Of a stretch of 64,000 nt of DNA, positions 33,478 to 42,729 are shown in pieces. Made by a program: the position numbers and the translations under genes. Below the pieces are notes generated by a model that saw only the letters and a program-made list of their open reading frames with translations, did no database searches and was not told where the DNA came from. How positions within the stretch are numbered: the stretch's first letter is position 1; each line of letters starts with the position of its first letter. The DNA is from a virus (lineage: Duplodnaviria > Heunggongvirae > Uroviricota > Caudoviricetes): IMG/VR virus record IMGVR_UViG_3300010396_000001, positions 4,320 through 68,319 of that record. One strand, given 5' to 3'.

Positions 33478-33951
33478 CTACCACATCCGGTGCGCGCCCG
33501 ACCGCGGTGCGTCCAGCGCGTCCCCGGTCTGGCCGTAGCGCAGTGCGCGCTCGGCATCGGCAACACTGCCGCCGTGCACCTGAGAGTAAGTCAGGGCCTC
33601 GCGGTGCAGCCTGGCCTCGGGCCGGTTCATCCACTCGTGGGCGGCGACACTGGCTGCGACGATCGCCGCGGTCTCGGCAGCGCGAACAGCAGCCTGCTCC
33701 TGCGGGGTCAGGGTCCGCTTCCAGGCTGCGTACCTGCGGCTCTCCTGCACCGCAGACTGGATAATCCCCTTGATCGCGGCGATGATCGCGATCAGCAGCG
33801 GGACGATGATCATAATGGCGCCGGGGATCTCCGCACTCTTATTCGGGGGAGCGCCGGTACCCCCGCCGGATCCGGCCAGGCAGATGATGATTCCTGTGAT
33901 AACGATCCCGGCCAGCAGGAATGCCATCGGGGCGATAAGACGACGGTTCAT
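33478..33951 (-). CDS. Membrane protein (2 TM)
   Basis: Two hydrophobic helices. Confidence 0.65.
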   Translation of the reverse strand: MNRRLIAPMAFLLAGIVITGIIICLAGSGGGTGAPPNKSAEIPGAIMIIVPLLIAIIAAIKGIIQSAVQESRRYAAWKRTLTPQEQAAVRAAETAAIVAASVAAHEWMNRPEARLHREALTYSQVHGGSVADAERALRYGQTGDALDAPRSGAHRMW

Positions 33952-34184
33952 GGCGTTCTCTCTTTCGGGTCGTAGTCGGGAAGACTGCTGACATAGGCGG
34001 CCTTCGTCCTCCAGTACCGGTTGCAGCCTTCCTTCGTGCACGTGACGCCGGAATAAGCCGACCAGGTCCGGTGATAGCCGTTGAAGGCCGAGAAATTGCA
34101 GTTGCGCTGCACCACGCGCCAGGATGGGCGGTGGCTCTTCCGGCACTCCGCATCCTTCTTCCTGAGGTCCTCGCTGAATATCAT
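33948..34184 (-). CDS. Small hypothetical protein
   Basis: C....C..WRT motif; coupled. Confidence 0.6.
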   Translation of the reverse strand: MIFSEDLRKKDAECRKSHRPSWRVVQRNCNFSAFNGYHRTWSAYSGVTCTKEGCNRYWRTKAAYVSSLPDYDPKERTP

Positions 34185-34624
34185 CGGCTCTCTCCTGAAA
34201 TCCGGACGCGCACGCGGATCCGGCTTCGGGCCGGGACGTAAGCGGAATTGCGGCCCTTCAGGAAGATCCGGTAGCCGTCCTGCGTGCGCAGCGTGCTCTC
34301 GATGAGATAGAAGACGCTGTCTTCGAGCAGGATCTCGTCACCGCGCCCGGCCTGCGATGGCGGTATTTTCTCCGTCGCGCGCAGCAGCCGCCACTCGTCC
34401 AGGCGCCCGGTCACCTGAGTGCGCCAGGCGATCCAGTCGGGGTGGTCGGGCACGTGCCCGGACCAGCCGGGGTGACTGCGCCGCGGGCGCGGCACTTCGA
34501 GGGTGACCGGGCCGGCGTGGCACCGCGGGCAGACCGGCGCGCCGGTACCGCCCATCCACCGCCGGCCAGCGCCCGGGCAGGCCGGGATGTCGCGGAGGGG
34601 AGTCTGGCTGGCCGGGGTGCTCAT
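34181..34624 (-). CDS. Hypothetical protein
   Basis: Coupled; CPRCH. Confidence 0.5.
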   Translation of the reverse strand: MSTPASQTPLRDIPACPGAGRRWMGGTGAPVCPRCHAGPVTLEVPRPRRSHPGWSGHVPDHPDWIAWRTQVTGRLDEWRLLRATEKIPPSQAGRGDEILLEDSVFYLIESTLRTQDGYRIFLKGRNSAYVPARSRIRVRVRISGESR

Positions 34625-35547
34625 CAGATCTTCACCAGGCCCTTCTCGTCGAGCCGCGCGCCGTTCGAGCGCTCCTTCTTGACGGCGTTCGCGATGACCT
34701 TGTCGATCTGGGCCTGGGTGGCGCCCGTGCCGGGGCAGGCCGCCTCACGGGCCAGCAGGACCTTCGCTGCCCGGGCAGCTCCCTCGACGTATCCGGCGTG
34801 GCTGGGGTGCTCGCCGTGGCCGTAGTAGTCGCGGAACTCGACCTCGCTGCGCAGCACCGCCAGGCAGGCGGCCACTGTCGTGACGTGCTCGCTGAAGCGG
34901 GCGTCGGTCTTGAAGCTGAACGCCTCCTCCGGCCGCAGTGTCTTGCGGTACTTTGCGGCCAGCCTGGCGGCCTTCTCGGCAGCCCTGGCGTCCAGCGCCT
35001 CGCGGTCACGGCGGCCGGGGCCGCTGAAGTTCGGGTTGGCCGGGGCGTCCGGGAAGCAGACCGTGCAGGCCTTCTCCCCGAACTCCTCGATCATGACGGC
35101 CTCGTCGCAGTCAGCCAGCTCGGGCAGCCATGCATACTCGGTGGTGGGGAAGCAGGTCGGGCAGTTCATGCCCCGGTGAACATGGCCGTTGGCGTTGGTG
35201 ACCAGGAAGTAACGATTCCAGCGGTGCTCCTGGTAGACGGCCTCCAGGTCCGTGACCTCGACGCTGATCTCGGCCTGGCGGCCCTTCAGGGCCCTCCAGG
35301 CCTCCAGGGCTGCAGCAGCCTGCTCAGCGCCGTAACCGGTTTGCTCCGCGAGGCGCCGTGCATCCCGCATGACCTCGCTCAGCGTGCGCCTCCAGCCGGC
35401 GCGGCGGCCAGCCCCGATGACCTTCTTGTCACCGGCGGCATAGTGGATCTGGCTCTCGGCCACCCTGATCGCCTGCTCGATCCGGCTGTCTGCCTCGTAC
35501 AGCTCGGCCAGCCGGGTGTCGGTCTGCTGCGCCTGTGCCTTGTCCAT
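34624..35547 (-). CDS. Conserved actinophage-type hypothetical protein (leaderless)
   Basis: HVH...CPTC...ACTVCFP motif; perfect promoter immediately upstream. Confidence 0.75.
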   Translation of the reverse strand: MDKAQAQQTDTRLAELYEADSRIEQAIRVAESQIHYAAGDKKVIGAGRRAGWRRTLSEVMRDARRLAEQTGYGAEQAAAALEAWRALKGRQAEISVEVTDLEAVYQEHRWNRYFLVTNANGHVHRGMNCPTCFPTTEYAWLPELADCDEAVMIEEFGEKACTVCFPDAPANPNFSGPGRRDREALDARAAEKAARLAAKYRKTLRPEEAFSFKTDARFSEHVTTVAACLAVLRSEVEFRDYYGHGEHPSHAGYVEGAARAAKVLLAREAACPGTGATQAQIDKVIANAVKKERSNGARLDEKGLVKI

Positions 35548-35553
35548 GACAAG

Positions 35554-35581
35554 AGCCTATCAAACTTCCTTGTATTGTCAA
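35554..35581 (-). promoter_or_regulatory. SigA promoter with operator
   Basis: TTGACA-16-TAGGCT, 6 nt before ATG 35547; CAA-N6-TTG in the spacer. Confidence 0.75.
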
Positions 35582-35598
35582 CGCAGCACGGAAGCTAC

Positions 35599-36273
35599 AT
35601 GGGACACGCGACGCTGGGCTTTGCCGGGGGCCCGTCGATCGCCTTCCGCCTGGACCCCGAGGACATCGAGTGGGACTTCCAGATCATCACCAACGTGATC
35701 GAGACGGTCGGCGGCCGGGTGGTCCAGGTGATCGGCTCCTACCTCAACAACCTGATCATCACCGGGAGCCTCGGCGAGGACCACTCCACGCCGAGGGGCG
35801 AGAGCTGGCGCCAGGCCGAGGCCTTCCTCAAACTGGTCGGCAACCTGATGAACTACCAGTCGCGGGACTCCAACAAGCAGGACAAGATGCAGCCCCCGGC
35901 GATCTTCAGCTACCCGCCCAAGGGGTGGCGCTTCCAGTGCTACATCGACTCGCTGACCGACGCGACCGGCTCGGCCTCGCTGATCATGACGCCCGGCACG
36001 ATCAACCAGCGCTACGTCCTGAGCCTGTTCATCGTGCAGGACGCCACCGAGGGCCTGGTCGTCGCGGGCACCAGCAACGGGGTGCTGAACAAGAAGGCCG
36101 AGGAGGCCATCGCCGCCTACATGGCCCGCATCTCGGCCGGGGTGGGCTGGCATTTCTCGGTCTATACCGGCGTGGCCACTCCGGACCTGACCAAGACCGG
36201 CAAGAAGAAGAAGACCAGGCCCCGCCGCTCCGGCGGCGTCGGCCATCCTGTCCCGCCCGGGCCGCCCCAGTAG
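35599..36273 (+). CDS. Putative tail tube initiator or baseplate protein
   Basis: VIETVGGRVVQV motif; synteny after the tape measure. Confidence 0.6.
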   Translation: MGHATLGFAGGPSIAFRLDPEDIEWDFQIITNVIETVGGRVVQVIGSYLNNLIITGSLGEDHSTPRGESWRQAEAFLKLVGNLMNYQSRDSNKQDKMQPPAIFSYPPKGWRFQCYIDSLTDATGSASLIMTPGTINQRYVLSLFIVQDATEGLVVAGTSNGVLNKKAEEAIAAYMARISAGVGWHFSVYTGVATPDLTKTGKKKKTRPRRSGGVGHPVPPGPPQ

Positions 36274-36283
36274 CGAGGAACGA

Positions 36284-36541
36284 ATGACCACTCCGAGCCA
36301 GCGTCCCGTCTGGGGTGCTGATGTCCCGATCTCGATGCCGCTGCCCGTGCCCTCTGACGAGCCCATCGTGGTCGAGATGTACGGCCTGGGCATGACCCAG
36401 TACCGGCTCGTGCACGCCCTGACCCAGCGGGAGTACGAGGCCCTTTCGGTGCCGGTCTACCAGCCGGATGACCCGTCCCTGCCGGTCTCGCAGGACGATG
36501 CCAGCCTGGACAATGCCCCTCCTTCAGCCGGCACGCCGTGA
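36284..36541 (+). CDS. Hypothetical protein
   Basis: GAGGA RBS. Confidence 0.5.
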   Translation: MTTPSQRPVWGADVPISMPLPVPSDEPIVVEMYGLGMTQYRLVHALTQREYEALSVPVYQPDDPSLPVSQDDASLDNAPPSAGTP

Positions 36542-36569
36542 CCTCCCCGGAAGCCTCGGGAGGTCGTCC

Positions 36570-37196
36570 ATGCCGAAGCGCCAGGGCCTGAACTGCACCC
36601 TGTCTTTCACCGACAGCAAGAAGGTGCGCCACGCCTACTCGATCCGGGCCGGCAACCTGAGCCACGGCATCGAGATGATCTCTGATGAGTCCGCGGCCCG
36701 GACCAAGCGCGCCTATTACCCGCACCGCACGGCACTGCAGCAGTTCACCGTTCAGGCGCTGCTGAAGGACTGGGATGAGAGACGCCATTTCGTGAGCTGG
36801 CTGTCCTATTACGCGGCCTATGCCCTCGACCCGGACACCACGCAGGAGTACTTCCCGTGGATGCGCGTCGAGGTGCCCTCGCGGGAATTCCTCCAGTTCG
36901 GCGTTCCCCTGCAGGGATACCAGTGGGGCGCGCACACCGGGATGATGATGTTCACTCCCGATATCGTCTTCGAGGCGGCTAAGTCGCCGGGACAGGCGCA
37001 CCTTCCGGTAGTCAGCTCGGTCATCAACAAGTGGACGGCTTTCACCTCGGACCAGGCGATCGAGTACTTCTACCCGTTCGGCATCCAGCTCGCCGGAAAT
37101 CAGCAGGGAAATTACTCCCAGATCCAGTACCCTGGTGCGCCCACGCAGTTCAATCCGCCGCCCCCGAAGATCCCGCCGGGCGAAGGCGGGATGTAA
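36570..37196 (+). CDS. Putative baseplate protein
   Basis: GGAGG RBS; TAATG coupling to the hub gene. Confidence 0.6.
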   Translation: MPKRQGLNCTLSFTDSKKVRHAYSIRAGNLSHGIEMISDESAARTKRAYYPHRTALQQFTVQALLKDWDERRHFVSWLSYYAAYALDPDTTQEYFPWMRVEVPSREFLQFGVPLQGYQWGAHTGMMMFTPDIVFEAAKSPGQAHLPVVSSVINKWTAFTSDQAIEYFYPFGIQLAGNQQGNYSQIQYPGAPTQFNPPPPKIPPGEGGM

Positions 37197-39709
37197 TGGG
37201 AGTATTTCTCTATCAGCCGGGAATCAAGGTCTATATCACGACCGAGAAGAACGGCATCCTGGATGTCAGCGAGGACCTTGTCAGCGGTAACATGGTCCGG
37301 CGCAGCAACGGCGTGTCCTCATTCACCTTTACCCTGATTAATGTCCGGCGCAAGTACGACGGCATCTTCACGCCAAATGACCGCATCATCGTGATGATGA
37401 AGCGCATCAGCTGGCTGCGCGTCTTCACCGGCTACCTCAACTCCGTCCCGCTGGTGACCGCCTGGCCGCAGGACATCCAGTTCACCGCCAGCTGCTCGCT
37501 CAAGCGGCTGCAGTACTACTACTGGGACCCGGCCCTGGCGGCCAGCCAGTCGCTGGTCGCGACGGCCATGGCCGCTACCAAGAATCCCGATGACGGCGGG
37601 GTCGGGAACGCCATCCTCACCATCCTGAATGACGTCGTCGGCTGGCCGCCGTCCAAGGTGCACATCGCCGGCATCCCGCAAGGCTGGATGAAGTTCGCCT
37701 ACAAGATCGCCAAGGCAGTGGCCGCGGAGACGGCAGAGGCCGACCAGCTGTCCCAGCAGTTCTACGCCGTGCTCGGGGCCAACGGCACCGTCGGGGGCAG
37801 TACCGGCGGGGGCACGGTAGGCAGCGGGGCGCTCAAGCCCGGCAGCTACGGCGGCTATACCATCGACGCCGCCCAGTGCCAGATCGCGATCATCGTCTAC
37901 AACACCTGCGCCCAGATGGGCGGCACGGCCCGTGATGCCGCAGTCGGGATCATGACCGCGATGGACGAGTCCACTCTCGGCGCCAACCCGGCCACTAACT
38001 CCGGCGTCGGCGGCTCCTATGGCATCTTCCAGCAGCGCCCCCAGGACGGCTGGGGAACGGCCAGGCAGTGCTCCAATCCCTCTTATGCGTCGCGGGCATT
38101 CTTCGAGCGGCTGCTGAAGATCAGCAATCGTAATTCCATGACATTGTGGATGGAAGCCCAGACCGTCCAGCGCTCGGCTACGTCCGACGGCTCTAATTAC
38201 GAGCGCTTCGCCACCTTCGGAACCCAGATCGCCGGAGTCCTGTCCAGCAAGGGGAACAATTCCTCGTCGGTCAGCAATACCTCCGCGTTCCAGCAGCTGG
38301 CCTCCCAGTGGAAAGGCGGCCACGCCTCCGGCTCCCAGCTTCTGCAGACCGCGCTCAACCTGATCCAGAGCCATCCCCACATTCCCTACCAGCTAGGCAA
38401 TGACTCGCCCCCGAACACCCCTGCCGATCAGGTGCAGTTCCTCGACTGCTCCAGCTTCGTGCAATGGGCGATCTTCCAGACCACCGGCGGACTGAACGGC
38501 TGCCCGCGGACGTCAGAGGCTCAGAGCGCCTGGTGCCAGGCCAAGGGAAAGATCATCAGTGCCGACCAGGGGATGAACATCCCCGGCGCCCTGATGTACA
38601 TTGGCAGTCCCGGCAGCGCCTCCCATACCGAGATCTCCCTCGGGGACGGCCAGCACACCGTGGGAGCGCATCACACCGGCACCTACTGCGGCGTCGTCAC
38701 CTCGAAGGGATACTGGACCTGCGCCGGGATCCCGCCCGCCCTGGACTACTCCAAGACGCCGGGCACCGGCTCGGGCGCCGGAGGCAATGGCGACGGCTTC
38801 CAGCTGGAGCCCAGCAACCAGCAGCCCTGGTACAACCCGCATGATCCCTTCGACCGGCTGTTCGGCAGCGCTCCCTGGGCGCCGCAGTTCGATACCGACG
38901 CCGCGGTGATCGCCGCCGCGTTTACCGGCCCTCGCGCCCTGCTGCCCGACTCCCCGCTGCTGCCTTACATCAAGAACCTGGTCTCCTCGACGCTGCGCTC
39001 ATTCTCCTCTGCCCCCAACGGGGACTTCATCAGCTGGTTCCCGGACTACTACGGCCTGTGGGGCACCGCGGCGGTCATGCGCGTCGAGCCGGTCGAGCTG
39101 CAGGACTTCTCGGTGTACTGGGACGACACCAACTTCGTTACCCACCAGTACACTGCGGCCCCGCCCGCCGCCGGGCTCAACCTGGCCACGGCCACGATGG
39201 AGAACGTCGGCCCGGTTATCGCCGTTACCACCACGGGGATTGCCACCATCGACATTCCCGGCATCATGTACGCGCTCTTCGGCCTGGAGCCCACCAAGGC
39301 CGCTGCGCAGAAGTTCATTGACTACATCTATACGCGATTCGGTGCCCGGCCTGATTATGAGCAGCTGCCGGGAGTGGTGGGCCCGCAGGGCGAGTTCTTC
39401 TCCGCCCTGTACCTGTTCATGCAGAACTGGGCCTATCAGTACAATTCCGATATCTCGCTGACCTTCATGCCCGAGCTGTGGCCGGGGATGCTGCTCCAGA
39501 TCCCGGAATTCGGGTTCCAGGCTTATGTCACCACGGTCACCCATTCCTTCCAGTTCGGGCCCGGCGGATTCTTCAACACCACCGTGAACATCGCAGCTCC
39601 CGCCCGGCTGCCGGGTCGTGACGGGGACTCCTCCGGCAACCTGATCGGCCTCCCTGTCGCCGGGGGCCTAGTCGGGCAGCCCAGCCTGCCCAGCAGGGGG
39701 AGAAAATGA
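37196..39709 (+). CDS. Baseplate hub with lysozyme-like and NlpC/P60 domains
   Basis: Hub N- and C-terminal regions flank MDES...SYGIFQQRP..GWG (lytic transglycosylase-like) and LDCSSFVQWA...HTEI (NlpC/P60). Confidence 0.8.
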   Translation: MGVFLYQPGIKVYITTEKNGILDVSEDLVSGNMVRRSNGVSSFTFTLINVRRKYDGIFTPNDRIIVMMKRISWLRVFTGYLNSVPLVTAWPQDIQFTASCSLKRLQYYYWDPALAASQSLVATAMAATKNPDDGGVGNAILTILNDVVGWPPSKVHIAGIPQGWMKFAYKIAKAVAAETAEADQLSQQFYAVLGANGTVGGSTGGGTVGSGALKPGSYGGYTIDAAQCQIAIIVYNTCAQMGGTARDAAVGIMTAMDESTLGANPATNSGVGGSYGIFQQRPQDGWGTARQCSNPSYASRAFFERLLKISNRNSMTLWMEAQTVQRSATSDGSNYERFATFGTQIAGVLSSKGNNSSSVSNTSAFQQLASQWKGGHASGSQLLQTALNLIQSHPHIPYQLGNDSPPNTPADQVQFLDCSSFVQWAIFQTTGGLNGCPRTSEAQSAWCQAKGKIISADQGMNIPGALMYIGSPGSASHTEISLGDGQHTVGAHHTGTYCGVVTSKGYWTCAGIPPALDYSKTPGTGSGAGGNGDGFQLEPSNQQPWYNPHDPFDRLFGSAPWAPQFDTDAAVIAAAFTGPRALLPDSPLLPYIKNLVSSTLRSFSSAPNGDFISWFPDYYGLWGTAAVMRVEPVELQDFSVYWDDTNFVTHQYTAAPPAAGLNLATATMENVGPVIAVTTTGIATIDIPGIMYALFGLEPTKAAAQKFIDYIYTRFGARPDYEQLPGVVGPQGEFFSALYLFMQNWAYQYNSDISLTFMPELWPGMLLQIPEFGFQAYVTTVTHSFQFGPGGFFNTTVNIAAPARLPGRDGDSSGNLIGLPVAGGLVGQPSLPSRGRK

Positions 39710-42255
39710 TGAGCCAGGGGCGCCCCAGCACCGGGCGCTATACTCACTCGGTCAGTGATCCGCTGCGGCTGGTTACCATTGCGTCCATCACCGCGGATGG
39801 CAAGACCGCCGTGTGCACTGACCGTAAGGGCTTCGAGGCCCGCGTGCCCTTGCTCGTGCTGCCCGGCAAGGGCGTGCTCCCGGCTGTCGGCGAGAACTGG
39901 TACATCACCCAGAAGAGCGGTACAACGTGGACTTTTGACACCTTCATAGGCTCGGACAGCACCCAGCTGGCCACCTCGTCCGGAAGCCTTCCTATTACTT
40001 ACGGTACTCCGCCTGCAGATACCGTTATCGACCAGGATGGCAATATCCTCCAGTATGACGGGAACGGCAAGCTGGGCCAGGCCCTGGCGAGTCAGCCAGG
40101 AACCGATGGCACCACGGAATTCCCCGCCGGGCTCGGCTCCTTCACGCTGCCGGTCCTGATCTATGCCGGAGCCCCGGCCAGGGGCAACCTGGTGGTCTCC
40201 ATTGCCGGCGAGGCAGGCGAGGACGTCTTTGGCAACAGCTATCCTGCGGGCGCGAACATTACCGAGGGTAACCTTCCTGCCGCCCTGCTCAGCGGCAGCA
40301 TCTCGACCTCGATGCTCAGCGGCACCATTCCGGCTACGCAGATCACGGGAACACTGGCTGGCAGCACGACGCCCAATACCGGTGGTATCCTCAGCTCGAA
40401 TCCGTATTTTACCAACGGGGATCTTGCTAACTGGGTCGCTTTCGGGGGCATCCTGTCGGCCACCCAGGTGACCGGCAGCCCGTTTTCCTGGGCGGCTAAG
40501 GTCGTTTCCTCCGGTACCGCGGCCTTCGGCATCAATGGCACCGGCCTCAATCAGATTTCTGCTACTCCCGGAACGCAGTACCTGGTCAGCGCCTGGGTCT
40601 ATGCCAACGGAGCTACCTCGGGAGCCCAGCTTGGCATGAACTGGAAGACGGCCTCCGGCGGCAGCCTGACCGGCAGCATCCAGACTCCGGCCCTGACTGC
40701 AAACTCCTGGACTCCGCTGGCTGTCGTGGTCACTGCCCCGGCTAATGCTGCCACTGGCATCCCCCAGATTGGCTTCGCTTCTGCCAGCGGAACCGGGATG
40801 CAGGGCTATATCTGCGCCGCCATCGTCCTCCCTCAGGTGCCCGGCGGCCTGATTGAGGTCGGCACTATCACCGCCGCGCAGATTGCGGCGGGCACCATCG
40901 TGGCCGGTATCGTCGATTCCACTCTGGTCACCGGCGCCATCCTCCAGGGCGGTGTCGTCGAGGGCGGCCAGGTGATTGGCGGCCTGGTGGAGGCGGATAG
41001 CTCCAGCGGAGGATTCTTCGCCTACTCAGCGCCGCCCGGGCCGCTGAACCAGAATTACACATTCGCTACGGGAATCTCCCCGTGGTCAAGTTTTGATAAT
41101 GCAGGCGTGGCGGCCTCGTCGCTCCATACCATCGGGCAGTCTCCCGGATCCATGGTCATCACGCCCGATGGCGTCACGGCGAATCCGGGAGCAGTCAGCG
41201 AGAACACCATTCCCGTGACAGTGGGGCCTAACTTTTACGGTGCAACTGCCATGGTCACCGTGCCTGCGGGATGGTCCTCGGGGATGCGGGTTAATATCCG
41301 GTGGTTTAACGGAGCGACCTTCCTCTCCCAGAACAGCGGGACCACTGTCCCGATTCCGGCTAATACCCCCACTCAGCTCACTGCAGCATTCAGTGCGCCC
41401 GTCGGGGCCACGCGCGCATCCATGACCATCACTTTCGTCGGTACCCCCGCATCCTCAGTCCTGGCTTATGTGGGACTGGCCGTCTTCGGTAATAACGGGA
41501 CGCTGATCGTAACCGGCGCGAGTACCAGCGCGACTGATCAGTTCGCCAATTCTTATATCGCCGGAGTAACTAGCTACACCCAGGATTCCGGGTTCACCTT
41601 CTACTGCAACATGTTTGACGGGGCTCTTACTGTCTACGTGGAAGATGGATTCGGCGGTGCCCCGGGTCTTATCGATAATTCAGCGGTGCCTGCAAATGGC
41701 ACTCTCCGGCTTCAGTCCGGCACGGCATCCAGTTCCGGCGACCTGGCCGTGCAGATGTGGCTGTCCAGCAAGAATTCCGGCGGCAGCTCAACTGAGGCTG
41801 TCGTCATCGGGCAGAGCATTCCCACGCCTCCTGTTCCCGGACCGCGGATATTCCAGATTCTCGGCAATCAGAATGTCGGCACGATCTATGCGTGGTCTCC
41901 CGGCACGACTATCGAGGAGACCTGGCAGAGCCTGGGGACCCTGGCCGGGGCAACGGTGAACAAGGCTCGGTACCGGATGATGCCGGACGGAATGGTGCAC
42001 GTGCAGGTTGACGTGACGTTCGGTTCGGCCACTGCCGTGCCGATTACATTCTCCAACACGCTGCCTGTGGCCTACCGGCCGCTTTCGACCGACGTGGATA
42101 TTCGTGCTCCCATGGCCCAGACCAATGCCAGCGGGGCCCTGGCCCGGATTTTCGTCGGCCAGCAGGGCGGCGGCAATCCGGGGCAGGTTCAGCTGGCAGC
42201 AATAGGAACAGTAATCGGCACTTACTCGACTAACTTCCAGTATCCGGTCATCTAG
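39706..42255 (+). CDS. Central spike or receptor-binding protein with two CBM4/9-like modules
   Basis: N-terminal OB-like segment (LPAVGENWYI); two NP.F..G...W...PG.QY..SAWV-type repeats. Confidence 0.7.
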   Translation: MMSQGRPSTGRYTHSVSDPLRLVTIASITADGKTAVCTDRKGFEARVPLLVLPGKGVLPAVGENWYITQKSGTTWTFDTFIGSDSTQLATSSGSLPITYGTPPADTVIDQDGNILQYDGNGKLGQALASQPGTDGTTEFPAGLGSFTLPVLIYAGAPARGNLVVSIAGEAGEDVFGNSYPAGANITEGNLPAALLSGSISTSMLSGTIPATQITGTLAGSTTPNTGGILSSNPYFTNGDLANWVAFGGILSATQVTGSPFSWAAKVVSSGTAAFGINGTGLNQISATPGTQYLVSAWVYANGATSGAQLGMNWKTASGGSLTGSIQTPALTANSWTPLAVVVTAPANAATGIPQIGFASASGTGMQGYICAAIVLPQVPGGLIEVGTITAAQIAAGTIVAGIVDSTLVTGAILQGGVVEGGQVIGGLVEADSSSGGFFAYSAPPGPLNQNYTFATGISPWSSFDNAGVAASSLHTIGQSPGSMVITPDGVTANPGAVSENTIPVTVGPNFYGATAMVTVPAGWSSGMRVNIRWFNGATFLSQNSGTTVPIPANTPTQLTAAFSAPVGATRASMTITFVGTPASSVLAYVGLAVFGNNGTLIVTGASTSATDQFANSYIAGVTSYTQDSGFTFYCNMFDGALTVYVEDGFGGAPGLIDNSAVPANGTLRLQSGTASSSGDLAVQMWLSSKNSGGSSTEAVVIGQSIPTPPVPGPRIFQILGNQNVGTIYAWSPGTTIEETWQSLGTLAGATVNKARYRMMPDGMVHVQVDVTFGSATAVPITFSNTLPVAYRPLSTDVDIRAPMAQTNASGALARIFVGQQGGGNPGQVQLAAIGTVIGTYSTNFQYPVI

Positions 42256-42278
42256 CGTGACCCGGAAGCGGGAGAGGG

Positions 42279-42728
42279 GTGATCGCCATCCGGGACCTGC
42301 AGCTCACCTCAGGAGACCTCGTCCTGGCCGGCCGCGGGTTCGGCACGGTCAGCGGGTCAGCCTACCTGCGCCAGCGGATCGGCATGGCGCTTCAGGTACC
42401 GTACGGATCCGACCCGTTCAACCCGCTGTGGGGCTCCACTCTCCCCTCCATGATCGGGTCCCCGCAGCTGGCCGGGACCAGTGCCCTGGTCAGCTCGGAG
42501 GTCGCCCGCGTTCTCCAGCAGCTGATTGATGCCCAGCAGCAGCAGATGACCCAGGCGACCCTCCGCGGCACCACCAGCCAGCTGGACGCCTCGGACGTGA
42601 TCGCCTCGGTGGACTCGGTCACCGCGGCGCAGGCCTCGTTCAGCCCGGCCACGGTCCAGGTGACGCTGACCTTCACCACCCAGGCGGGCGAGCAGGTCTC
42701 GATCTCGCGGACCCTGAGCGGAAGCTGA
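42279..42728 (+). CDS. Baseplate wedge protein, gp25-like
   Basis: 149 aa before baseplate J; PYGSDPFNPLWGS. Confidence 0.7.
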   Translation: MIAIRDLQLTSGDLVLAGRGFGTVSGSAYLRQRIGMALQVPYGSDPFNPLWGSTLPSMIGSPQLAGTSALVSSEVARVLQQLIDAQQQQMTQATLRGTTSQLDASDVIASVDSVTAAQASFSPATVQVTLTFTTQAGEQVSISRTLSGS

Positions 42729-42729
42729 G

